Part shown: piece by piece, positions 14,398-27,166 of the stretch
Position numbering within the stretch: position 1 is the stretch's first letter
Layout: each line of letters starts with the position of its first letter
Assembly: GCA_951406725.2 (NCBI GenBank)
Contig: OX597818.1
Span: 35,588,001-35,652,000, forward strand
Length of the DNA stretch: 64,000 bases
Direction: 5' to 3'
From: Octopus vulgaris
Taxonomy: Eukaryota
Made by a program: the position numbers and the translations under genes
The notes under the pieces: generated by a model
Database searches by the model: none
Seen by the model: the letters and a program-made list of their open reading frames with translations, nothing else
What the model was told of the DNA's origin: nothing

Positions 14398-14548
14398 TGG
14401 CTGTGTGGTAAGAAGCTTGTTCCAAACCACATGGATCGAGGTTCAGTCCCACTCTGTGGCACATTGGGCAAGCGTTTTTACAATATCCTCTGGTCGAGCA
14501 AAGTCTCGTGAATGGATTAGGTAGATGGAAACTGAAAGAAACACGCAA
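14398..14548 (+). mobile_element. SINE family A, 5' half
   Basis: TGGCTGTGTGGTAAGAAGCTTG...GGTTCAGTCCC...GGAAACTGAAAGAA. Confidence 0.85.
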
Positions 14549-14580
14549 ACATATACATACAAACATACATACATACATAT

Positions 14581-14641
<61 letters not shown>

Positions 14642-14644
14642 TGT

Positions 14645-14679
<35 letters not shown>

Positions 14680-14680
<1 letters not shown>

Positions 14681-14820
14681 GACGGGCTTATTTCAGTTCC
14701 CGTCTGCCAAATCCATTCACAAGGTATTGTTCGGCCCGAAGCTATAGTAGAAGACATTCACCAAAGGTACCACGTAGTGGGACTGAACCCGGGACCATGT
14801 AGCTGGGAAGCAAGGTTCTT
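14680..14820 (-). mobile_element. SINE family A, 5' half (inverted relative to 14398-14548)
   Basis: GACGGGCTTATTTCAGTT...GTGGGACTGAACCCGGGACCATG. Confidence 0.85.
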
Positions 14821-14829
14821 ATATATATA

Positions 14830-15036
14830 TAGTAATTCCTTGCCATATCGCGGTTCACCTTTCGCGGCTTATTATTTAAGCTTCCACCGCTTCCACCGTG
14901 GTGTTGTTTGGCATTAATAATAGAATAGATATATACAAATTATGAAAATATACGGCACAGTATTGTTTCTACTTCGCGGATTTTCACCTATCGCGGAGTT
15001 TTTGGAACGTAACACCCGCGATAGTAGAGGGATTAC

Positions 15037-15038
<2 letters not shown>
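14830..15038. mobile_element. MITE with Tc1/pogo(Tigger)-like ends
   Basis: Imperfect terminal inverted repeats AGTAATTCCTTGCCATATCGCGG / CCGCGATAGTAGAGGGATTACT in a TA-rich context. Confidence 0.65.
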
Positions 15039-15099
<61 letters not shown>

Positions 15100-15305
15100 A
15101 TACGAACAAATATATGGGCGGATACGTGATGCATAAGTATCAAATACATTACCATTGATGACAATGGTAAATAATATTAAGTCTTCCATTTAGGCACAAA
15201 TACGCAGACACAGAAAATTGTTTGTGTATGCAGGTATATTGTGTATATGATATTTGATAACTATGGTAACTACATAATTAGACACATAATATATGTGTAG
15301 GGGAA

Positions 15306-15875
15306 GGCGGCGAGCTGCCAGAAACGTTAGCGTGCCGGGCGAAATGCTTAGCGGTATTTCGTCTGCCGTTACGTTCTGAGTTCAAATTCCGTCGAGGTCG
15401 ACTTTGCCCTTCATCTTTTCGGGGTCGATTAAATAAGTACCAGTTACGCACTGGGATCGATATAATCGGCTTAATTCGTTTGTCTGTCTTTGTTTGTCTC
15501 CTCTGTGTTTAGCTCATTGTGGGTAGTAAAGAAATAGGTATTTCGTTTGCCGCTACGTTCTGGGTTCAAATTCCGCTGCGGCCGACTTTGCCTTTCATCC
15601 TTTCAGGGTCGATTAAATAAGAACCAGTTACGCACTGGGATCGATATAATCGGCTTAATCCGTTTGTCTGTCCTTGTTTGTCCCCTCGGTGTTTAGGCTC
15701 TTGTGGGTAGTAAAGAAATAGGTATTTCGTCTGTCTTTTCGTTCTGAGTTCAAATTCCGCCGTGGTCGACTTTGCCATACATCCTTTCAGGTTCGATAAA
15801 TCAAATACCAGTTAATCTAATCGACTAGCTCTCCTCCCCACAAATTTCGCGCCTTGTACCTAGAGTAGAATAGAA
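15306..15875 (+). mobile_element. SINE family B: one head followed by three tandem bodies (about 184-bp period)
   Basis: The body restarts at GGTATTTCGT at 15353, 15537 and 15721. Confidence 0.92.
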
Positions 15876-16391
15876 TATATGTATAGGGGTTGTATGTGTG
15901 TAGGGTGATGAAGTGGATATTTTTAATTACATTGTTACCATAGATACCAAAATAAGATAAAAAACCAAAAAATTGACACATTCGTAAATTTTTATTTTGG
16001 TTGGACGAATACAAGCCCGGAAGTATATTACTTATGTCTGAGGTTTGTATGTGTCTATATGCGTGTGCGAGAGAGAAAGAAACGGGGAGAGGAGGAAGGA
16101 TGAGACAGATATACAGCGATTGATAAAAAGAGAGAGGAGAGTGAGAAAGAAGGAGTGAGAGATAAAGGAAAGGAGTGCTCTGTTCAATTCCTCTCCAACT
16201 CAGAGTCGAATGTTGGTGAGAACAATGGTGTCTTCTGTCTCTTCTCAATAAAATATATGCAATAAAAATGATTTAAGTGTTTAGACTACCCAAGTTCAAA
16301 TCGATCAATCAATCAATTAATTAGTTAATTAATTAATCAATCAATCAGTCAATCAATGTATCACTATATACCCATACATTATTTGTATATA

Positions 16392-16444
<53 letters not shown>

Positions 16445-16589
16445 GTGTGTGTATGTGCATATAAAATATTATAAATTTAACTAGTTTAACACAAACACAC
16501 ACACACACATACATATATATTCACAAATGAAAATATACGTCACGTATGCAAGCATGTATATGTATGACGTGTATATATATATACATATT

Positions 16590-16633
<44 letters not shown>

Positions 16634-16759
16634 TACATACAGATAGACACGTACATATACACACATACATATATGCATACACACACACATTCAATATTTC
16701 AATGAATGCACAGAAATGTGCTACTTTGTATATACTGATCACAAGGTGTAACATAAGTG

Positions 16760-17072
16760 TAAACGGTGAGGACCCCCTTTGGTCATTAATGACCATGGGA
16801 TTGAACCTAGAAAGTTACCCTCCGAGGCGTTAGTCCGCGCAAGGTTATTTATGGAAGACCAGCAATTACCCATGCATACTGATGTTATCCACAGGAAAGG
16901 TAAAGCTGATACTGCTTGGCACCAGTGATGTCAAAAATAATTTCTACAGCTGAGTGAAGTGGAGCAACGTGAAATCAAGTGTCTTGCTGAAGAACACAGC
17001 ACACAGCTCGGAATCGAGCTTACTACCACAAGATTGCAAACCTGATGCTATAAGCATTGAACCATGCGCCTT
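16760..17072 (-). mobile_element. Family C-related SINE with a different 3' region
   Basis: CAGCTGAGTGAAGTGGAGCAACGTGAAATCAAGTGTCTTGCTGAAGAACACA is the reverse complement of the family C core; the downstream part is unrelated to the tail of the 23.4-24.1 kb copies. Confidence 0.7.
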
Positions 17073-17108
17073 GCGTACACATACGAACATATAATGTACT
17101 TGCATATA

Positions 17109-17279
17109 GGCGCAGGATTGGCTGGGTGGTAAGTAGCTTGCTTCCCAACCACATGGTTCAGGGTTTAGTCCCACAATGTGGGACCATGGGTAAGTGTCTC
17201 CTACTGGGGCCGACCAAAGCCTTGTGAGTGGATTTGGTAGACGGAAACTGAAAGAAGCCCGTCGTATATACATACATAC

Positions 17280-17333
<54 letters not shown>

Positions 17334-17340
17334 ATATATG

Positions 17341-17406
<66 letters not shown>

Positions 17407-17632
17407 TGTATGTATTCGTGTGTCTGTGTTTGTCACTCCACCATCGCTCGACAACCGATGTTGGTGTGTTTACGTCCCCGTAACTTAGCAATTCGGTAAA
17501 AAGAGAACGATAAAATAAGTACTAGGGTTAAAAAAAGAATAAGTCCTGCCTGGGGCAGATCTATTCGCCTAAAGGCGGTGCTCCAGCATGGCCGCAGTCA
17601 AATGACTATAAAAGAATAAAAGAATAAAAGAG
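17109..17632 (+). mobile_element. SINE family A, full length
   Basis: Head GGCGCAGGATTGGCTGGGTGG through the (AAAGAATA)n tail. Confidence 0.92.
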
Positions 17633-17731
17633 TGTGTCAATTTATAATATATCTGTAATTGGTTTTAGTATTTTCTTTTCTCACTCTATTTTGCGACTCG
17701 AATACATTTTTCTTACAGTTTCCGAACGGCA

Positions 17732-17774
<43 letters not shown>

Positions 17775-18068
17775 TACCATTATCGCTGTTATGTCCGTGA
17801 CGAATTATGTAATACTTGGATAGATATTTGATAATATTATGGCCTTGCCAATATACCTTTATCTATTAATAGCAACACGAAAATCTGTTTCTGGACTTAG
17901 TTTATGCGTAGCTTTTCACGTAGAAACATGATTTAGGTTTGAGTTAAGACATGCAATAGACAGGCGGTAGAAATCGAAGGCTGAGACGTCTCTCTTTTTG
18001 TTTTAACTTTATGCTTGTGTATAGCTAGATACATACATACATACCCACGCATGCACTTATACATATAT

Positions 18069-18146
<78 letters not shown>

Positions 18147-18156
18147 GTGTATGTAT

Positions 18157-18353
18157 ACTCTTTTACTTGTTTCAGTCATTTGCGCCTTTAGTCGAGCAAA
18201 CTGATCCCAGGACTTATTCCTTGTAAGCCTAGTACTTATTCTATTGGTCTCTTTTGCCGAACCGCTAAGTTACGGTGCGTAAACACACCACCATCGGTTA
18301 TCAAGCTATGTCTGGGGACAAACGCAGACTCACAAAAATATCCACTAACAAGT

Positions 18354-18436
<83 letters not shown>

Positions 18437-18600
18437 TATATACGATGGGCTTCTTTCAGTTTCCGTCTAGACCAAATCCACTCACAAGGCTTTGGTCGGA
18501 CCGAGGCTATAGTAGAAGACACTTACCCAAGGTGCCACGCAGTCGGATTGAACCTGGAACATGTGGTTGGTAAGCAAGCTACTTACCAACTCGTGCGCCT
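18157..18600 (-). mobile_element. SINE family A
   Basis: Reverse-complement match to the consensus. Confidence 0.9.
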
Positions 18601-19141
18601 ATATGTATGTATATATATATATATATATATATATGCACATACATATATATACACATATATATATATATATGAATATATATGCATATTCGTAAGTATATGT
18701 GTGTATGTGTGGATATATGCACCTATATCATCATACTTATGTAAACATACAGAACTTCTCATACACACATACACATACACAAACACACACATAGTGTCGC
18801 GTGCGTGCACATATCACACACACAACCGGTTATATGTAACTGTTTGGGTGTTAGGTATATGTTCATTAGTATGTCAGTTAAAGCATGTTCACTCTTGGGC
18901 CACCTAACGTCACCCACAGTTACGATATCATTTTCACTGGATCTACATCAGGAAATCCGCAGTGTTTGTTGCGTTTATAATAGATGAAGGAAACGGAAGA
19001 TGGATTTAATACTAATCTTTATTCAATACGACGTACAAAGGGCAAACACAACATGCCAAAATCTCAGTATATCTTGTGGGATGTCTTTTCTTAACACCAA
19101 ATATCTGAAATAACACAGCCTATATATATATGAACGATGCT

Positions 19142-19223
<82 letters not shown>

Positions 19224-19226
<3 letters not shown>

Positions 19227-19379
19227 CGTAGGGGTAGCGATATGGTAAGTAGCTTGCTTACGGACCACATGGTTCCGGGTTCAGTCCCACTGCGTGGCAC
19301 CTTCTACTTCTATAGCCACGAGCCGACAAATGCCTTGTGAGTGGATTTGGTCGACGGAAACTGAAAGAAGCCCGTCGTA

Positions 19380-19450
<71 letters not shown>

Positions 19451-19645
19451 ATATATGTTTGTGTGTCTTAGTTTGTCCCCCCAACATCGCTTGACAACCG
19501 ATAGTAGTGTGTTTACGTCCCCGTAACCTAGCGGTTCGGGAAAAGAGGCCAATAAAATAAGTCCTGGTGTGGAATTGCTCGACTAAAGGCTGTGCTCCAG
19601 CATGGTCACTGTCAAATGAGTGAAACAATTAAAAGAGTAAAAGAA
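19224..19645 (+). mobile_element. SINE family A, full length
   Basis: Consensus match. Confidence 0.9.
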
Positions 19646-20151
19646 ACAATATATATATATATATATATGCTTGTGTGTCCACCTGCTTCAAATTGAACTT
19701 AATTTCTCTACCTATCGCTTAATACGCACATAAAAACATACGCACATGCGTGTCTGTATGTGCATGAGTGCGTGTGTGTATGTGTCTATGTGAGTGCATG
19801 TGTGTTAATATGTGTATGTGAGTGTGTCTGCGTACGTAAGTTAGTGTATGCTAGTATGTATGCGTTCCCCTCTGTGTGTGTGTTTGTATGTGGAAGTTAT
19901 TATCAGCTGTTTTCGGGGATCAAGGTCAATGGTAAGACCTTTCACACGCACCAGATTAAGATTAATTCCCATATTATAAATACAGTTTTGCATCTGGACC
20001 TATGATTTACCTAAACGCTAATCCATCCACGGCGTGAGTGGGTGAGGGTTTTGTCTCTGCATTTGTTTATTCTCTGAATACGCGCTTATCTATCTCTGGG
20101 CTCAAGATCTAATGCATTTATCATACATGCATACGAACATGCATATGTATA

Positions 20152-20196
<45 letters not shown>

Positions 20197-20227
20197 AAGT
20201 TTGTATTGATATAGATATGGATGGATC

Positions 20228-20632
20228 GCATGAGTGGCTGTGTGGTAAGTAACTTCCTTACCAACCACATGGTTCAGGGTTCGGTCCCACTGCGTGGCAA
20301 TTTGGGCAAATGTCTGCTACTAAAGCCACGGGCCGACCAAAACTTTGTAAGTGGATTTGGTAGACGGAAACTGAAAGAAGCCCGTCGTATATATATATAT
20401 ATATATATATATGAATGTGTGTGTATATGTTTGTGTGTCTGTGTTTGTCCCCACCAACATCACTTGACAACAGATGCTGGTGTGTTTACGTCCCCGTAAC
20501 TTAGCGGTTCGGCAAGAGAGACCGATAGAATAAGTACTAGGCTTACAAAGAATAAGTCCTGGGGTCGATTTGCTCGACTAAAGGCTGTGCTCCAGCATGA
20601 CCACAGTCAAATGACTGAAACAAGTAAAAGAT
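20228..20632 (+). mobile_element. SINE family A, full length
   Basis: Consensus match. Confidence 0.92.
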
Positions 20633-20654
20633 ATATATATATATATTTTCCGTT

Positions 20655-20850
20655 GCCTTCTACTTGTTTCCTTTATTGCACTGTGGCCATGCTGTAGCAT
20701 TATCTTGAGTGGTTTAGTCGAACAAATCGACCCCAGTATTTATTTTCGTACTTATTCCATTGTTCTCTTCTGCCTAGCCGGTAAGTTAGGATAACATGAA
20801 CAAACCAACGCCCTTTGTCAAGCAGTTGTTGGGAGACAAACACAAAGAGA
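20655..20850 (-). mobile_element. Older SINE family A 3' half, tail-to-tail with the previous copy
   Basis: TTTAGTCGAACAAATCGACCCCAGTA...TTGTCAAGC. Confidence 0.7.
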
Positions 20851-21244
20851 ATGACACAGACACACACACAGAGACACACACAGATACATACACATAAGCA
20901 TACACAAACGCGCGTGCGTACACACACACATATATAATCTGTCGGTAGGTCTGGTAAAGGCTCTTTAAATTCTGAAGTCACTGGTAGCTGTTGACTTGCG
21001 GGTCACACATCTGGGACAACACAGCTGCTGCATCAAAATTTATTCCATGTTAGACACAAAACAAAGGAAATCAACTGTATATGGAAATATTGATGTACGC
21101 TAAATTTTATTGTAGCACTTGGAATTCTAGATTCTAAATTGTGTCATTCTGGAATACTCGCTTTCTTCAAAGAGAAGTTCAAGCTATGGATGGCTTTCAC
21201 ACATCATACTATTGGCTTCGCTCTCTCAAACTAATTAATTATTT

Positions 21245-21428
21245 CCATTATTGGCACAAAGCCCGAAATTTTAGAGAGAGGCAGATTTGACTGCATCATA
21301 TCCATCTGGTAATTATTTTATCGACCCCAGTAGGATGAAAGGCAAAGTAGTAGACCTCGGCGGAATTTGAACTTAGAACGTAAAGAGCCGGAAGAAATAT
21401 TGCTAAGCATTCTGCTTGCTCGCCGCCC
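21245..21428 (-). mobile_element. SINE family B, diverged
   Basis: TTTATCGACCCCAGTAGGATGAAAGGCAAAGT...CTCGGCGGAATTTGAACTTAGAACGT...GCTCGCCGCC. Confidence 0.85.
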
Positions 21429-22550
21429 TCCTCAGACTAATTAATGAATGAAAAGAATAATAGATGATATATAAAGCCGAAAATTTGCACAAAAGACTGT
21501 TTTCACAATTACACTTATATATATGTATATATATATACTTACGCACTTATACATATTCTGTATTAATTGACTTGAAAGGCAAATATCATTCACACATACT
21601 CACTACACACACGCGCGTATATTTATGTCGAGTTCATTAATTCATTCAGTCATTGGGTCATCACTGATGTCTCTTTGTCTTAATGTAGTGTATCAGGCCA
21701 AATCAGCTTTGTGTAGTTTACACTTTTATATCTCTATGCTACAACCATGATCAAGCGTACAAAGCAAAGCATAGAAACTAAATGAAGCATTCGTCAGTTT
21801 TTATCATTCTCACACGGCTCACAAAAATAAGCCGTATATCACTCACTCCACGGTACCTACTTAGATCTATGTGAACTGGGTTATTAAGTGTTAAGTGGCA
21901 TGGTCACAAACAACAGCACAGCTGTTATGAAACTACGCGTCGCACACATGTCACGGCTCATAGTTTCTGAATACTGATAGTCGGCTGTTACCTATCATCT
22001 CAGTCATCTCCCGCTCATCTGTAAACAAGACTGAAGAACATAATCACTCATAAAATTTGAATAAACACAACGGAGGGTTCAATGAATATTGGCTTAAACC
22101 TTAAGAAATTTGAAAAATATACTGTTTTGAAATGGTTATTGGTAATTCCTGGCATGGAAATATCTACGTTGTCTAATCTGTTTCTCTTCTGCAGTCCCCC
22201 TCTCCACACACTTCCCTTTATTGCTTCCTTCCTTATCCTTTTAATCTAGATTAAGACAAGTCAATGGTAAAAACCCCAAAGATTTAGAAGTGGATTAAAA
22301 AACTATATATCCTTACATACAGGCAGCATTTACAGGATTTTCGTTTCATCAGATATCATCTAGGCGTCATTATTATTTCGGTGCCCTCTGAATGAAGCGG
22401 TACACGGAATATTATCTGGATTCTTTAATCCAATGTGCATTTTTCTTTTCCTTTAACCATTATATATATATCATCTACAAACAAGGCACATCTGTAACTA
22501 AGCCCTCCAACCATATATTAACTAGATTACTTTGCTACTCGCCGAAACTT

Positions 22551-22677
<127 letters not shown>

Positions 22678-22769
22678 ATTAGATCATAAAACGCATGGTA
22701 TATAGCTGATAACTTACCGCTAAAGTACTTTCACTTTCCTACTGATCGTTGTCATTAATCAAATATATA

Positions 22770-22800
<31 letters not shown>

Positions 22801-22855
22801 ATATGTTATTTATTTATTTTATGTTCTCAGATTTAACCCTTCTTTCACATACTCT

Positions 22856-23130
22856 CTCTTTTACCCTTGTTTCAGTCATTTGACTGCGGCCATGCTTGAG
22901 CACCGCCTTTGGTCGAGCAAATCGACCCCAGGACTTATTCTTTGTCAGACTAGTACTTGTTCTATCGTTCTCTTTTGCCGAACCGCTAAGTTACGGGGAC
23001 CTAAGCACACCACCATCGGTTGTCAAGTGATGTTGGTGGTGGGGGACAAACACAGGCACACAAACACACACACACACATATGTACATATACATATATACG
23101 ATAGATTTCTTTCAGTTTCCGTCTACCAAA
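22856..23130 (-). mobile_element. SINE family A, head missing
   Basis: The consensus match ends abruptly at GTCTACCAAA (23130). Confidence 0.88.
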
Positions 23131-23374
23131 ACCACAGAGGTTTCAGCAAGTAGACTTTAGAATCATTCATGACCTCATGAGTAGTTTTGCCCTACATTGG
23201 ACATTGATCAGATGTTGCTTACCTGGCTGTTTATCTGTCGGCGTTTAGAGCTAAAGCCTCCTATAAAGTAGATCTAGCGACAACGCCATCTACATTACGT
23301 TTCAATTGGATTCAGCGAACTAGCTACTCTCATGAATCTGTATAGGTAGTTGCAAACAAACAGACATCATAAAG

Positions 23375-24103
23375 TACGATTCCTAGATCGGGTGACGCAC
23401 TGTGTTCTTGAGCAAAACACTTCATTTCACGTTGCTCCAGTCCACTCAGCTGACAAAAATCCCATGAATAAACCACAGAGGTTTCAGCAAGTAGACTTTA
23501 GAATCATTCATGACGCCATTGAAACCGGGAAACCAGGCCCATGAGCCTGGCAAGGCTTTAAAAGGGAGCACTTATTTATCTATTACAAATAAAGTGAAGG
23601 TGCGTAGCTTAGTGGTTAGAGTGCCAGTATCATGATCGTAAGATTGTGGTCTCGATTCCTGGACCGGTCGACGCGTTGTGTTCTTGAGCAAAACACTTCA
23701 TTTCACGTTGCTCCAGTCCACTCAGCTGGCAAAAATGAGTAACGCTGCGATGGACTGGCATCCCGTCCAGCTGGAGAACACATACGCCATTGAAACCGGG
23801 AAACCGAGCCCATGAGCTTGGCAAGGCTTTAAAAGGGAGCACTTATTTATTTTTGTGGAGGCACGTGGCTTAGTGGTTAGAGTGTCAGCATCATGATCAT
23901 AAGATTGTGGTTTCGATTGCTGGACCGGGCGACGCGTTGTGTTCTTGAGCAAAACACTTCATTTCACGTTGCTCCAGTTCACTCAGCTAGTAAAAATGAG
24001 TAACGCTGCGATGGACTGGCGTCCCGTCCAGATGGGGAACACATACGCCATTAAAACCGGGAAACCGGGCCCATGAACCTGGCTAGGCTTTAAAAGGGAG
24101 CAA
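23375..24103 (+). mobile_element. SINE family C, three head-to-tail copies (first partial; units start ~23596 and ~23857)
   Basis: tRNA-like head TGGCTTAGTGGTTAGAG...GGTTTCGATT, then GTTGTGTTCTTGAGCAAAACACTT, GCGATGGACTGGCGTCCCGTCCAG (V-domain-like, from memory), tail GGCTTTAAAAGGGAGCA. Confidence 0.88.
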
Positions 24104-24659
24104 GCAAGCATTAGAAATAAAACGAATATACGTAACTCCGCTTACAAGACATTGCTTAACCGGAACAATGAGAGTAGGCACTAATGGTGTCAAACAATGT
24201 CGAAGCAGGTGGTTACAAAGCAAGGTGCTAGAAATAGCAACTAATTATGTGTGTACACACAAACACATCCTCACACACACATTAATTATTTTCTATAAAC
24301 TCAGAAGATGCATTGGAGCGCAAATACATACACCGAGCGAATGTGGAAGCCTCTATATAAAGAAATTACTCATAAATCACACATTTTGGTGGCTTTCACG
24401 AGAAAAACTACGATACTGGAACCATTAATGAGCAAAATAAAAAAGGAGGGAGGAGGAGGAGGAGGAGGAGAAGGAGAAGGAAGAGGAGGAACGTACCATG
24501 GGAAAATATGTTTTAATCCTTATTCCTCATAAAAAGTAAAATCTTATAATTACGGCTAAATGAGTAGATTTGTATGTTCGGTTTGATGAGAGGAATTAAT
24601 TTGGTAATTGTTTATCAAAACAGATTAAGGTGTGGGGTACTTGGGTATGTGTGAAGTCA

Positions 24660-24728
<69 letters not shown>

Positions 24729-24969
24729 AGAGTGAAAGATAAAAAGAGAAAGATGAAGGTAATGAAAAAGCATACTGATAGAGTGTATTCGTATCTTTCT
24801 TTCTCTCTCTCTCTCTCTCTCGGTCTTTCTGTTCTGTTTGTATATGTATATGCACATACATATACACATACATAAACAAACACACACACATATGTATATA
24901 GACAGATAGATAGCTAGATTCATAGAGTGACAGATGCATATATACATACATAAACATATACAAATATAC

Positions 24970-25030
<61 letters not shown>

Positions 25031-25034
<4 letters not shown>

Positions 25035-25240
25035 TTTTATTCTTTTACTTGTTTCAGTCATTTCATTGTGGCCATGCTGGAGCACTGCCTTTAGTCCAAC
25101 AAATCAACCCCAGTACTTATTCTTCATAAGCCTAGTACTTTTTCTATTACTATTATTATATATTTTTTTTTTGCCGAAGTGCTTAGTTACGGAGACCAAC
25201 ACCTGTTTTCAAGCGATGGTGTGGGGGACAAACACAGACA
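25031..25240 (-). mobile_element. SINE family A, 3' half
   Basis: Consensus match. Confidence 0.85.
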
Positions 25241-25248
25241 GACAGACA

Positions 25249-25281
<33 letters not shown>

Positions 25282-26277
25282 ACACACACACAAATATACA
25301 CATTCACTTTTACAAAAGGTAAAATCGGACAGAACTTATGGTTGATCTGATATTTAGGCAAGCCAAACAGCAAAGTAGTTTCAATTTTACTCTCCCTTAC
25401 AAAGTATAAAGTTTCAATAAAAACTGCAACAATATAAGGAGTTCGTTTAATACTGAACAATGACTCCGAGTACCAATGTATTTTGTATACATAGTAAAAT
25501 AACTCACTTTACATCAGGCCCCCCCCCCCCCCCCAAAAAAAAAATTATTGAATTACTTTTGAAAGACAAGAGAGATAACTCCAAATCTTGTTAATCAAAA
25601 TGGTTTTGAATGCACTGAAATTTCAGTTAGAATTATCAATTTAATTAAAAGCAATACAATCAATCTATATAAGTTCGGGGTGAAATCTACACTGTTTTCC
25701 ATCACATTCAGCCGAGATAACAGTTATAACTATTCTGAACATATTCTTCGGATTCTAGATTTCCCTTCCAGCCACGTTTTTTTTTCTTACAATCTCCAAC
25801 TAAGGTCTGCATAAACTACGTCAGCATTACAGTCTCAGAAACCCTATGAATATTACGGGTCGACTTCAATTTTACCTTGATAAACATAAAATGTAAAAAT
25901 AAAATGAACATAAAAATAAAAATGCTCAGATGATAAAAAAATGGCTTCCATAAGAGATAGAAGTCGCACGAATACAGCTAGGCATCCCTCCAATGTGACA
26001 GTTTCTTTTGATTCGTTAATTATAACCAGTGCTGCCAACTTTCGTATTTCTGAAGGACATTAAGTACAATGGAACCGCGACTTCAAACTTTCCCATTTGT
26101 AAATATATATAATATATGTGTGTATGTGTGTGTGTGTGTGTTTGTGTGTGCGTGTGTGTGTGTGTGTGTGCGTATATATGTATGTATATATATATATATA
26201 TGTGTGTAAGTGTTTGTGTGTTATAAACACGTGCATACATACACACACGTGTGTGTGTGTGAGTATGTGTGTATGTT

Positions 26278-26668
26278 CCTCATATGTTCCTGCCTTTAGG
26301 CTTTCACTTCCTGCATGCCAGCTCAATTTGATTCGTTCTCAGTCGAAAGACACTTGTTGTTTGTATTTATAACTGTGTACACGTTCTCCGTTTTTTTTTT
26401 TTGTCTTCGTTGCCGTGCACATTCGCTAGTTTTCATACAAAGGGTTCTAATGCTCTCAGCTTAGACTTTGGGAGGAGGGCAACCAGATCGAACTGCCTCA
26501 AGTGTAACTGCCCGAAATGGTCGTGACTTCTGGTACTTGACTGAAGAAAGAAGGCTACGAATGACCCGTCTTTTTTGCCTGTCCTTCTAATTGTGTTTCT
26601 CTTGTCCACCTTTGTGTCGTCTATCTGTCCGAATGTTTTATTGTCCTCTATTGCGATTTTGTTACATT
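26278..26668. mobile_element. Unclassified ~400-bp interspersed repeat (second copy at 58700-59123)
   Basis: Colinear similarity, e.g. CCTGCCTTTAGGCTTTCACTT and GTAACTGCCCGAAA..GTCGTGACTTCTGGTACTTGACTGA. Confidence 0.85.
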
Positions 26669-26694
26669 TATATATATATATATATATATATGAC

Positions 26695-26937
26695 TTTTTG
26701 CTTGTTTCAGTCATTAGACAGCAGCCATGCAGTGGCATCACCTTAAAAAGTTTTTAGACGAACGAATCGACTCAAGTTCTTATTTTTTTAAAATCTGGTA
26801 CTTATTTTATTGGTTTCTTATCCCCGACAGCTAAGTTACGTAGACTTAAACACCAGCATCGGTTGTCAAGCGGTGGTAGAAGATAAAAACAGACACAGAA
26901 ACACATGCAGACATACATAGAAATATATGTACCCCCC

Positions 26938-27015
<78 letters not shown>

Positions 27016-27166
27016 CGATGAAATTCTTTCGCTTCCGCCTACCAAATCCATTCACAAGGCTTGGGTTAGCCCAAGGCTATAGTAGAAGACATTTACCTAC
27101 GAAGTGGTACTGAACCCGGAACCATGGGTTCGGAAAGCAAAGGTTTTACCACACAACCACACCTGC
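26695..27166 (-). mobile_element. SINE family A, diverged
   Basis: Consensus match. Confidence 0.85.

Noticed and set aside
22335-22360. CTGATGA-AAC-GAAA on the minus strand (similar cases at 27226, 53551, 62120 and 62490)
   Set aside because: No stem II and/or no stem I or III can form, so they were not counted as hammerheads.
25853-26062. Possible minus-strand exon after TCCTTCAG
   Set aside because: No recognisable protein and no donor site.
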